From Lytechinus pictus (Eukaryota), in NCBI RefSeq assembly GCF_037042905.1, contig NC_087247.1, forward strand, positions 13,144,001-13,208,000: DNA of 64,000 nucleotides. Reading direction: 5' to 3'. The position numbers were made by a program, and so were the translations under genes. Shown one piece after another: positions 52,171-64,000 of the stretch (the first letter of the stretch is position 1; each line of letters starts with the position of its first letter). The notes beneath the pieces are model-generated. The model saw only the letters and a program-made list of their open reading frames with translations. It had not been told where the DNA came from and ran no database searches.

Positions 52171-53781
52171 CTGACATATCGGTTCCATACACCAATACAA
52201 ATTTCCTGTAATTTTAAATGATGTAATGTAAGATTACGCAATATGGTAAGATTACAGGTGTTCTCGAGACTCTGCTGCAGGAACTTTTATTTTAAGGATA
52301 AATTTTCTAACAGTGTAGTTACATGGTGAATGAGAAAAGATTGATAGAAGAGTGATTGAACACATGATCGCTAGTTAAATGACACAATTTTCAAGTTGTG
52401 ATTGGCAATTTGGCATAAATGCCTATCAAGAGAATAAAATTATTGAAACCGTACAGCAAGTTGATCAGTAGATCAACATATCATTTACATTATTGAGTTA
52501 TGAATTAAATTTTTCTTGACTTCATAATAGTTTCACAACTGAAATAATTTCATCATCATCATGTTTATTATCATGACCCCTACCAATTACGTGGCAAGTA
52601 TAAGGCCCGCTAGTCATAAACTTTAAAGTTTCGCTAGTCATAAAGCGAAAAATGGTCACTACTTATAAAAATCATTATGACCATTATTCATACGATCTGC
52701 TACTCATAATATAAAATGAGGGTCGTCATTCATAATCCACCATGAGGGTAATTAATCGTAACAAAGCCAATTGGGTTCTTATTCATAAAATTGAAGGAGG
52801 GTTTCTGTACACGGAGGGTCACAAATTATAATCAAAAGGACCACCATCAATAATCAATCGTATTCATAATACCAGATGAGTGTCTCTAATCATAATCCAC
52901 AAAGAGGATCGCTACACTGTAAACAAATTTGTTGGGTGAAATTTTAACCATCAAGATGGTAATTATGTGTCCAACCAATTTGGAGCAGTATTTTACCCAA
53001 TGCGGGAAGCATAATGTCCAGTAAGGTTAAAAAATAAGCAGCAATTACTTTAGAATGGCCAGAATTTTCATCACATTGGATAAAGAAAAATGCCCAAAAG
53101 AAATGCCAAGTGTTGGTTGGACACTTAATTACCCTCATGAAGCACTTTTACCCAATATTTGTTTAGAGTGTAATCATTTATCGAAGAAAATGTACTCTAT
53201 TCTCATTTGGAGAAAATATCGCTAGTCATAATCCAGGAGGTCGTTAGTCATAAAGCGAGAAGGAGCTCGCTAGCCTGATCTATTCAATTATGGCTAACAC
53301 GGCTGGCGACCATTTTCTTTTTCGTGATTATAAGCTATATACCCTTTCTACCCGATAGCAATCCTCTTCTTTGAATATGAATAACGACCATTATGAATAT
53401 TGAGCCTTCATTTCTGTTATGACTAGCGATCCTTGTGAATAATATAAAGTCATAATGACGAGCAGGTGGATCGACGTCCCAATCACAATATACGAGCCTA
53501 GGGTACATAGGGGCGAGAGAACAAACAGGCCCCGATGTGACGTCATTTTATTGCGCAAAGGAATAGTCGAGCTATTATAGGGTTACACCTATATACCTCT
53601 CTCTTTTTTTTTTCTCTCTCTCTCTCTCTCTCTGTCATTTCTACCTCTTATTTTTTTCTTTTCATTTTTTCACTACTTGAAAATCACAGGGGACATTGAA
53701 TTTTCTCCCTCTTTTCATTCTTCATGTAGAAAGAATGTCGTCACTTTATCACTCTCTTAGTCTTTGCTTAATTCATTTTAA

Positions 53782-54384
53782 AGGTCAAGTCCACCCCAGA
53801 AAAAATGTTGATTTGAATAAATAGAAAAAAATCATACAAGCCATAATACTGAAAATTTGATCAAAATCGTATGTAAAATAAGAACGTTATGACTTTTTAA
53901 AGTTTCGCGTATTTCTCACAAAACAGTTATATTCACAACTGAGTGGCATGCAAATGAGAGAGTCGATGATGTCCATCACTAACTATTTTTTGTTTTTAAT
54001 TATTTGAATTATACAATATTTTAATTTTTACCAATTTGACATCACGGACCAACTTAGCTAAACCATAAAATGTTATAACAACGGCAATGACATCACATGT
54101 TCAGGGAGGAATAAAACTTTGTTTCACAGGACAATGAGGGGAAAATTATAATATTTTATATTTCATATAATAAAATACAAAAGAAATAGTGAGTGATGTC
54201 ATCAGTCCCCTCATTTGCATACCGACCAGGATGTGCATAATACTGTTTTGTGAAATTAAGCGAAACTTTAAAATGTCATAGCTTTCTTATTCTACATCCA
54301 TTCTTGATGAAATTTTCATTGTTATGCTTGTTGGATTTTTTCTGTTTATTCAAATCAATTTACTACTTGGGGTGGACTTGTCCT
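53782..54384. mobile_element. Kolobok-like MITE (TTAA TSD)
   Basis: TTAA|AGGTCAAGTCCACCCCA ... TGGGGTGGACTTGTCCT|TTAA. Confidence 0.8.
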
Positions 54385-54683
54385 TTAATTAACAATAGAA
54401 TAATTCTGTATACCTCGGTCACATTTGCTCTACGGCGAAAACAACCGTTTTAACCTTTTTTTTTAAATAACTAGATATAGGTGGTTCGAATAAAAATTAA
54501 TGTTAAACACGGATGTTTTCGACTCGGCGTACGGCCGCCATAGGCATGACAGGGCAAATGTTGACTGAGATAATAATGGACCTAAAAATTTGTTCGCTCA
54601 TTACTCTACTGAAAGGTTTGATCTGTCTGGAGAAGGTTTCGTTAGTGGGACTTCAACATGCCTCTAACTCTGATGAAAGTTAA

Positions 54684-55271
54684 AAGACAAGTCCACCCCA
54701 ACAAAAAGTTGATATAATAAAATAGGTAAAATCTAACACCTAAATATAGCAATGAAAATTTCATCAATATCAGATGTAAGAATAAGAAAGTTAAAGTTTC
54801 GCTTAATTTCACAAAGCAGTTATATTCACATCCTGGTCGGTATGCAAATGAAGGGACTGATGACATCGAACACCCACTATTTTTTTTTTGTATTTTATTA
54901 TATCAAACATGAAATATTTCAATTTTCTCCTCATTGTCAAGTGAAACAAAGTTATATTCCTCCCTGAACATATTGAATTCGCCTTTATTTAGAAATTGGG
55001 TGGTCTAGTCAAGTTGGTCCTAATTGTCAAATCTTTTAAAATTGAAACATTGTATAATTCAGACAATAAAAAAAAATAGCGAGCGAGGGACCTCGTCGAC
55101 TCTCTGATAAAGACTGGATAATTGTTCTGTGAAAAACAAGCGAAACTTAAAAATTTCATAACTTTCTTATTTTACATTCAATTTTGATGAAATTGTGAGC
55201 ATTATCCTATTCCTTGTTTGATTTTTATATAATGAGTCAAATCAGCATTGTTTCTGGGGTGAACTTGGCCT
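54684..55271. mobile_element. Kolobok-like MITE, same family as 53782-54384, opposite orientation
   Basis: TTAA|AAGACAAGTCCACCCCA ... GGGGTGAACTTGGCCT|TTAA. Confidence 0.78.
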
Positions 55272-55434
55272 TTAAAGAACTCGCTCGATTAATTTCAAAT
55301 CTCATAATTTATTATTATTATTATTATCAGATTAAAAACAAGTGCACGAGTTGGTATCAATTAATGCATGAAGAATTTTCGTTTATTTGATGAAATTAGA
55401 TAACAGACATGAAAGAGCAAAGGAGATAAAGTTT

Positions 55435-55519
55435 GCCTTGGTCAAGGGTCATGCGGGAATCGAACCCCGGACTTCCATGGTGTAGTAGGGAGCCATAGAC
55501 CACTCGGCCACGGCACCTC
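55435..55519 (-). mobile_element. tRNA-derived SINE head
   Basis: Reverse complement GAGGTGCCGTGGCCGAGTGGTC...GGTTCGATTCCC; no paired acceptor stem. Confidence 0.65.
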
Positions 55520-56691
55520 AACATTGTGATTCCATGCCGATCAAATAGCTTTTATTCAACATCCTCAAGATTCGGAACATTTGGGTTGACTCTGTCATTT
55601 GGCGTGACTGCCACATAAATGTCTTGAAAAGTCTGAGAGCATTACCATTATCAATTTATCAATTAATGACCATTTTCACAAAATCATGCTCTTGGCGTGA
55701 TTGTAGTCCTACTTTTTGAAAGGTCAATACTGAGCTGACGAAGGATAGCAAGAGTCGAGGAATAGGCCTATATTCTTTAAATCTTAAAGAAAAAAAAGAG
55801 CCGAACTTTGTCCCACATCATCCTCCCCAATCATGGGATATCTGGGTGAGGGCATCATCCCCGGAGGAAAAGATGAACATCCTCGCGGGGATGACTGTCC
55901 ATTCGTCACCATGGCAACCATTCCACGTCGCGATACTTTCCGTTCAATATTCTTTTGAAAGATGATTTTGACGCAACCTTCAAAGTTTTTATCCTGTACG
56001 AAGGAGAGGAAATCTGATCTTATCAAAACATGATATAGATTTGAAGGGCACATCAACATCTTACTTATAGGTTTATCTCGACCTAAACTAAAGGGAATAG
56101 GTTAACTCAACATCTTATACTTCGTAAAAAAAATCACGAAGTGAAACCTTTAGAGGCTTGGGGTTCAACCCTTTTTATATTGTTTGAATTTAGGTTTTCC
56201 TGCCAATGATGTATGTTTATGAAAAATGAATTGCCCTACTCTATTCTGTCAGAACCTTATTTTTCCTCTTCTTTTTCACTAAAAAAATATGAAATACAGT
56301 GATTGTATACTTCGACTTGAAATTGAATGTGAAAATTTAGCCACTATGTTGAGATAATAAGGAATGTATGTGTCCCTATATGCTCTCATTCCCATTTCAT
56401 GTTCGGTATTTAATTACCTTTTTCTCAGTTGTATCAACAAAAATGCCACTGTCAATGACAACTCTGCTACAAGAACTCCCATATCAGCTGAAAGGGCTGA
56501 TATTTTGTATTTTAAGTAGAGGTGAGGCAAATTGCCAGTCGATTAGACTTTGCCAATAAGAGAATTATGTAAGCTTCAAACGTCAAGAAAACTCACGAAA
56601 TTCTCTTTCTCGCCAAGAAATGAGAAGAACTTCTCCTTCGATCCAAAATGAAACCGTGCTCTTCGCACGTATACCCTCTATCGTGTTTACC

Positions 56692-57260
56692 ATTGGCTAA
56701 AATTTAATCTATGACATCACAATGATGGCTTCCTGTTTTAGAGGTATTTTTTTTTAGTTTTACCTCAATGTGGAAATCGATTTTATTTCATATCAAATCA
56801 AAAAAAAAATTATAAGGATGTGACGATAACGCTAGAATTTACAGATGTAGACCTTCTATGCGTCTAGCATGTTCTCATTGGTGTTTGTTTATTTTTGTGT
56901 CAATAACCTCGTGATATCATACTGCCCCTTTTCACTATTAAGTTGATTTAATTCTTTGTTGCACTAAGCATCTGGAACACGTGAGTGTTATCCAGGCACT
57001 TTTTTGTTTGGGTGTTTTTCTTTATCGGTGTCTTCTTTCTCCTGTCCTGGGACTGAAGTTAAGGTCCACTACTACTAGGAATTTAAATAGGAAAGGTGAA
57101 AAGTCAAATGCTTTCTCCCCTTCCCCATAAATAGGAGCAGATACCAGTCAAGAGAACATTTTGAAGAGAGTTTTCATCTCGGAGTGAATTTGTTTCGTTC
57201 ATTCTGCCTCTTCTTTCTTGTTACCATCTCAACCTGTAACACCATCATCATCATCATCAA
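56692..57260 (+). promoter_or_regulatory. Putative promoter (CCAAT + CRE-like, TATA-like CATAAATA) and non-coding first exon of secreted protein B
   Basis: ATTGG at 56692, TGACATCA at 56712, CATAAATA at 57126, donor AAA|GTAAGC at 57260/57261. Confidence 0.5.
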
Positions 57261-58420
57261 AGTAAGCATTTCTTCCTTGATATTTGTTCTTCGTATACCG
57301 CAATTAATTATTTCATCTTTTCAAATTTGCATCTAGTTCGTAAGATATTTAATCGGTTGTTTTTGCTAGTATTTTTTTTAAATCGCTTTCACTATTTGAT
57401 AAAAATGATTTTTACAATTACCATGCATGATTATCATCCTTGCACATCTAATCACGACATTGTGCTTATGTGTAGGTGTGAAATGTGTTGTGTGTGCGCG
57501 CGTGAGTATGCGTGCGCGCACGAGGGTGAGTTTGTGCGAGCGACTTATATGCATAGAGATGTACAATATTAATGCATCTTTATGCTTGACAGGGAACAAT
57601 TTTTGCAAGTCATTGTGGACTAAATATAACATTGGTCCTTGCATGCTACTTACGAGTCCCTTATTCACTGGGTTTAGTATTACATTTGAAATTGCTTCTG
57701 TAAATAAATTTTTTTTTTTTAATACATGGAAGATAATTTTCTTAAATACATCTCTCCAATGGCGCTCTTTGTTATATAATAATTGCAACAACTATGACGC
57801 TCTTCGATGAACCCTCTTTTTGCAAATCAAAATCACCATCAACTGTCATGACTGTTGACTCTTCAAAACAAGCGAAACACTATATACGTACTTGATACTT
57901 CCTTCTTTCTTTCTTCATCATGTGCTTTTGAAGAATTTATTCCAATAAACATAAGTTATTGTTCTTTAAAATGTTTGACTGGTTGTAGTTTGCAACCATT
58001 TGACTGTTTCGTAAAACACAAACAAGTTTTTATAATCCGAAAATTATTTTAGTAAAGGTGGTTACCTGAGTAACAGACATCGGTGCTTCTCGACCATTCA
58101 AAGCCAAAGAAAGTTGTCAGATTCGACAACTTGGGAGATGGTTCATCAATTGTCGCCCTAAACTGTCTGGTCTGAAAACTTTCCTTGCGTCTACTTACCC
58201 TCTTGCTGAATTTTAATCTTTATTTTTTTTAAAATTTCTTGGCGGTGTAAATGTGTTGCTATATTTGTTAAAATCAATGACCTAATGCGGCTATTTTTCC
58301 AGATAAAATGAAAATAATTACAGTAATTGTGCAACGTACTTTAATTTTGTGCCGTGATACATTGCAATACAACAACCTGTCATGCATGGTAAAGGCACGC
58401 GTTTACTTTTCTTATTTCAG

Positions 58421-61400
58421 ATGAAGTCAACCATCTTGCTAGGTTCATTTGTACTCTGTGTTCTCTATCTAGAAGGTAAGCAAATCCACAATCTTGAAAA
58501 TTTTAGAAACTTTCTTTGTCCTGTATTTGGAACCTTTTAAAATTCTACAAAGAAGTAGAAAGGAGTTCTGAACAGTCCTTTAAAAATGTTCTACAAGGGA
58601 CCTTTTAAGGTTCCTTGTAAGACTGGTTTAAGACGGGTCATGTGATCCAGTGGTTAGAGCATTGGACTCATAATCGCAAGGTTGTGAGTTCGAATCCCAA
58701 CTCGGCTATTGTCTCCACTTTAATAAAAAAGGCATGAGAGTGATATATGTTGTCTATAACGTCAGCCACTATGACTGATTAACAATCTAGACGTAAAATG
58801 TTTCATAGGTAATTGGTTATATGCCAGCTTGGCGTTTACCAGCAAAACGCTGTCCTGCCGAGTTCCTACGGGAGTTACCATAAACAGAAACAGAATGTAC
58901 TTTATGGTGTGGTTCTTGATGAGGTTGTTGTATATATACTTTTAATTCATATGTTTCTTTTTATATTCTTATACTAACCTGGATGGAGGTAAAGGGGTGT
59001 GGGAAGGAAGACCTGTGGGTCATGGTAATTTAGTTAACCTTTTCCAAACCCAGGCAGCCCCTTCATCTCTATTCCAGGTCCTTTGTACTATGACAATGTC
59101 ACGTATGTCCTATTGTTTATGTAATTTGGATTGTACTATAATTTATGTATTTTGAAATGCCGAATAAATAATAATAATAATAATTTAAAAAAAGATTGTA
59201 TAGAGAACTCTGTAGGAAATTACTATGGTTCTTCACACCATCAAGAACCCATATCCTCAAAGGGTTCCTTTAGTAGAACCAAAAGCGGTTCCTTAAAAAA
59301 AACTGTTCAAAACCCTTTTCTGCGTCTTTGAAAAACCTAAAAATAATGAGTTTTCGCATTTGCAACGGGGAAGGATTCTAGGACATTATGTATGCATTGA
59401 AAATGCCCGTATAATCAAGGAAAGTGATATCCCATTAGTATAATCGCATCAGCCTTTTCTAAGAGTGCAAGATTAATAAGAAGACATGTTGTATTGATTA
59501 GCACTGAAATCATATTTTTAATGTTATTCATGTTGTCAATGTTTATATTATGCCGTCGTTATTCAAGAGTTTATTAAATAAAGGATTTTTAATACTTCTG
59601 AAATTCCCAACATCGACATTTTCTTGAATTATTAAGGTAATAAACATAAGAATATAATAACTGTGTGATAGTGTTGAGAACACATGGTCGTTCTGTTAGT
59701 AATGTAATCAACGTTGTTATCATGCATTTTATAGCATCGAGTCCTACCTGATAGATGGCTGGGATATTAATTTTCGTTAGATTGATGAATAAAATATATA
59801 TTGAATTCAAATATTACAAATATAAGGTTTAGACTATGAAAATACATTGGAAAGATAGCACATAAAATAGAGATGGATTATGGTGTCCTTAAAGGGATGG
59901 TCCAGGCTGAAGATATTTGTATCTCAATGAATAGAGTAAAATTCACAAAGCAAAATACTGAAAATTTGATCAAAATCGGATAACAAATAACGAAGTTATT
60001 GAATTTTTAAGAATTGAATTATTGTGGTGAAACAGTTCTAGGCATGTTTTCATGAATATTCATTAGGTGGGCTGATGATGTCTTATTCCCACTTGTTCTT
60101 TTATATTTTACTATATGAAATTAGTGTTATTCAACATTTTTCTACCAATAACTAAAACATTGGATTGACAACTGATTAAGTGCATTAGTAATTTATTGCC
60201 GCAACTTATTTCATCCGCATGAAGACATATTATTTACACATGTATGAAAAAATGAAACAATTATGATTTCATGTTATAACATAAGAAAAAGGAAAGTGGG
60301 GATATGATATCATCAGCCCACCTAATTAATATACATGTCGATGTGCATATAACGGTTTTCACAAAATATTGATAAAGTTTAAAATTGAATAACTTCGTTA
60401 TTTGTTATCCGATTTTGTTAAAATTTTCAGCAGTTTGCTTCGTAAATTTTACTCTATTTATTTAGATATAAATATTTTCAGCCCGGACCATCCCTTTAAT
60501 GATGGCTGGAACTTCTCTGGTTGGTTGATTGGAAGAATATTGTTTGGTTTTATATATTGGGCTGCTGTTATTAGTTAGTTCATTAGTAGTCACCTGATTT
60601 ATTTTGTTTTTTTCAGTAAGTCATATTAGTCGTTTAGCTTCATGTTCGTCAGGGCACATTGCAGAGGTGGTGATAAGGGGGGAGAGTGTGACCCCCATCC
60701 CAATACTGTGATTGTTATCATCTAATCAACAGACCAATTAACCCATCAACGTATCAACCAACTAACTAATTAGCCAACCAAGAATAAACGATCAGCCAAT
60801 TTTCAACGTAAATTATTTATTGCCGACAAAAATTTTATCTACTGGAAATGAAATTAAGTGGCTATTCGTTCGGTGGTGAATTTTTTAAATATCAGGGGTT
60901 TTATGTCAACCTTTAGTTATCGAATGCAAAATAATTTACATGCGTTCTTTGACTTCCTAAACAATTCGTGGTCTTCAATCTTCAACCTTTAGGGCAGTGT
61001 GCACCAGCCGGTCGGAAACTGCTGCAATGGCAACCCCAATGGCGTCAGGGGTACAATCAGTGGAACCAGCAATGGTACCAACAACAGCCACAGGCCCAGC
61101 GTCAGCAAACCCAGTGGATGCTAGATCCCGAGGAACGATTCGAACAGCAGGAAGAGGTGCTGGAGAATCAGCAGGAGCTTCGTGAGGATGCCTTTGAGAA
61201 CCAGCGAGGCCCTCTACGGCAGACAGCTAACGGACAGTTGGTCTACAACTCACAATCTCGCGAGGTCGTTGTCGGTGCTGCTGGAAACGCTCCTGCCCCT
61301 TACATTGCGCCAGGAGGATCAACCTTCTCCTCAGAAGATTACGGTTCCTATGTCCTCTCAACAATTCAACCAAATGCTTATTACAGAAATGGTTATCAAC

Positions 61401-61426
61401 CTTGGAATCCAAACCAGTGGGACTAA
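58421..61426 (+). CDS. Secreted Gln/Trp-rich protein B, paralog of A (162 aa)
   Basis: Exon 58421-58475 MKSTILLGSFVLCVLYLEG (55 nt, phase 1) joins 60993-61426 (GQCAPAGRKLLQWQPQW...WMLDPEERFEQQEEVLENQQELREDAFENQR...WD*); AATAAA at 61429. Confidence 0.85.
58635..58900 (+). mobile_element. tRNA-derived SINE (tRNA-Met-like head)
   Basis: GGGTCATGTGATCCAGTGGTTAGAGCATTGGACTCATAATCGCAAGGTTGTGAGTTCGAATCCC; acceptor stem unpaired and the sequence continues into a SINE body. Confidence 0.7.
59893..60495. mobile_element. Kolobok-like MITE (TTAA TSD); relatives at 62810-63372 and partial at about 32675-33030
   Basis: TTAA|AGGGATGGTCCAGGCTGAA ... TTCAGCCCGGACCATCCCT|TTAA; arms of about 120 bp. Confidence 0.82.
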
Positions 61427-61529
61427 GCAATAAACATACTTCATTTACTTCCAGAATCTATTCCATGATCATTCTAATTTCCCCCCACCTTTACCAGAAT
61501 TTTAAATAATTTGTTTGTATAATAGTAGA

Positions 61530-61568
61530 TGGTAGTAGTGGTATCAGATGTAGTAGTAGTAGAAGTAA

Positions 61569-61660
<92 letters not shown>
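61530..61660. repeat. (GTA)n microsatellite
   Basis: About 30 perfect units plus degenerate flanks. Confidence 0.95.
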
Positions 61661-62809
61661 ACTGGTAATTGTAGGGTTAGTGGTCTTTGGGTAGTGCTAG
61701 AATTTGTTTTAAAAAAAGAAACAACTGTAACACCCAAACATTCTACATACATGATTTAATTATTAATGATTCATTACTGAAATAAATTAATTCGAACAAA
61801 ATATTATAATTGCTTTCTCGTTATCATTACGATGTATACATTTTGTAAAACATATTCATCATGTTGTTGTTTACATTTATAACATTAATATGTTAAGTGT
61901 ATGAAATAATTTTATTTCAGTCTATTATCTTCTTGGAAAACGGATGATAATTTGTCTAATTTCGCAATGTATTTAGTCATTCATCATGTTCGTTCGGGTC
62001 GGGTGGTTTTACGACGATTCATTTTGAACGAAATCCAACCACTGGATTGCCTCGTTAATGATTATCTTGTCCGGCTTGGCACTTCTTCACTTGGTTCCAA
62101 ATATTTTACTAATTGTGCCATTTTTTTAGGAGTGTGAACAAAATAAAATAAAAAATAAATATTGAATTGCAAGTGCGTGTTAGGCAAAGCGAACTCAACC
62201 ATTACCTACTGTATATAAAAAGCCACCTCTGGTCATGTTCTTCAATATCGAGAGAGAGAGAGAGGGGGAGAGAGGGAGAAAAGGGTCAAGATATAACGCT
62301 GACATAATTTCATTTCTCAATTGGAACAGAGGAGAAATATAGAGTTACGTGACCAAGATCTCTCTCTCTCTTTATACTCTCCTTTCTTCTTCATTTTATT
62401 CCGCCCTTTTCCTCTTTTCCCCCCTCCTCATTTACTCACTACTTAAAAATTATACTGGGTGGTCGGATTGGTGCCCCCCTCCCTCCCATGTAGTGCAGCA
62501 CCTCGCCGATCTGTGTGAGCGGATAACTAAAAAAGATATTGTTACAACAAAAATCAACTCTCGAATAGGAGAGAGAAAATTGTTTAAAAATGCAAATGAT
62601 AGAGATGAATCATGGTATCGTATCTTTGAGCGATTAAAGTCAAGGACCAGGTACAAATCAAGTTTACCATCAATACAAACTAGTTCAATGTCAATAGTTT
62701 GTTGAAAGGTATTGATTAAGCAGGCCTATGTTGAAGTTCGAATTATTGTGCTATCTTCTATCGACCGTTTTTTTACTTCTGGAAGTAAGAAGACCACAAA
62801 GTGATTTAA

Positions 62810-63372
62810 AGGGGTACTCCAGGCTAAGTAAAATACTATGGTTTAAATAGATAAAGTAAAATCAGACAAACACAACACTGAAAGTTTCATCAAAATCGAA
62901 GAAGGAATAACAAAGTTATATAAGTTTAAAGTTTTGCATTATATCGGTGAAACAGCTCTGTGCTTTGCGTTATGAATATGCAATGAGCGAGCTGATGATG
63001 TCATATCCCAATTTGTTTGTACTTTATTGTATATTTATTCGAAGAAATTCCCCAAGAATGTGAAAATAAGGTCGACTAGTGACTAGATAACCATTGCTGC
63101 AACATTCAATTACTAGGGAGACATGATGTACACAAATGTATAAAAAGTACCCCAAAAGTACAAAATAATCGTGATTTTATGTAATCTAGTGAGAAAAGGG
63201 TAATGACATCATCAGTGCACCAATTTTATGACGTCATACATTACCTTTTCTGCAAAATATTGTCAAACTTTAAAATTCAATAACTTCTTAATTTTTAATC
63301 ACATTTGGATGAATTTCTCAGCATTTAATCTATTTATTTTGACATTTATTCTTTCCAGCCTTGAGTACTCCT
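62810..63372. mobile_element. Kolobok-like MITE (TTAA TSD)
   Basis: TTAA|AGGGGTACTCCAGGCT ... AGCCTTGAGTACTCCT|TTAA. Confidence 0.78.
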
Positions 63373-63571
63373 TTAAAGCAATATTTCAGTGTTTTGAAAG
63401 TTTTCAAACTCTTTAAGCTTCAAGTCGTCTTTCCGGCGTGAGAAAATTCAAAAGCGGAAGATCTCATTGCTAAAGGAAATGAAGAGAGACAGATACTTCA
63501 TATTTTTTGTGTCCCGATGATATGATACAAATCGATCATCACCTTTCACCCCCGTTAGCTTCTAGCCATGC

Positions 63572-63821
63572 GATTGGTGGAGATAACGGTGACGTCACTT
63601 GCTCCACAATGGCTCTGTTAAGAATTTCCATTCGGTTTCATGGTTCTATAAGATTTCTTATGAGGTTCAAAGAAAGGTCTGTTTCAACGTGATTTTTTTT
63701 TAAATAAATACGGAGTTTTCGTTTGATATAATTTACTTGGACAAACTGCTGCAACTGATTTGTTCAGTGATTCATCTTTCTTCATTTGGTCTTTCTTGAA
63801 TAACACGCAGTCATTATCAAG
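63572..63821 (+). promoter_or_regulatory. Candidate promoter and non-coding first exon of a further gene
   Basis: GATTGG at 63572, TGACGTCA at 63590, TAAATA at about 63701, donor AAG|GTAAAT at 63821/63822; same layout as upstream of gene A. Confidence 0.4.
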
Positions 63822-64000
63822 GTAAATATGCTGCTCGCTATGATACGACTGCTTGCATCTTTTGTTATTTAGATTTTATCTATTAATGTTTCATTATTGT
63901 AATTAATTAGAGCATTCCCATGCTCACACTACGACTCTTTCGTGTGAATGTACGACATGTGTTGCAAGAGTGATTCAAAATATAACGCAAATTCTCACAG

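Noticed and set aside
58635-58710. Possible tRNA-Met (CAT loop); similar tRNA-like heads at 540, 31830 and 55450
   Set aside because: Acceptor and anticodon stems do not pair properly and the sequences continue into SINE bodies
61474-61759. Poly-Thr and poly-Val ORFs
   Set aside because: (GTA)n microsatellite

Overview
AT-rich, intron-rich animal genomic DNA with three assembly gaps. It is probably a marine invertebrate such as a sea urchin, inferred only from the repeat landscape. I reconstructed four spliced genes by hand from GT-AG sites and phase continuity. (1) The 3' two-thirds of a divergent plexin (+, 23 exons, 335-21811, about 1011 aa in window): IPT domains, RKRR convertase site, TM helix, split GAP and RBD. 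All three arginines conserved in plexin GAP domains are replaced although the frame is intact, suggesting a pseudo-GAP plexin. (2) A convergent, five-exon, stand-alone class II aldolase/adducin-head gene of bacterial-like size (-, 26075-33490, about 260 aa). (3, 4) Two tandem paralogous secreted proteins (+, 48985-51066 and 58421-61426). They share exon architecture, Q/W/P/Y-rich low-complexity tracts and acidic 11-residue-repeat 'DPE...EN' modules. A shared CCAAT+CRE upstream module recurs at about 63.6 kb, suggesting a third member begins at the window end. Mobile DNA is abundant: a broken DD34E Tc1 element nested in a 4.5-kb foldback-type palindromic element, CR1-group LINE fragments, tRNA-derived SINEs, TTAA-targeting Kolobok-like MITEs, other MITEs and satellites.
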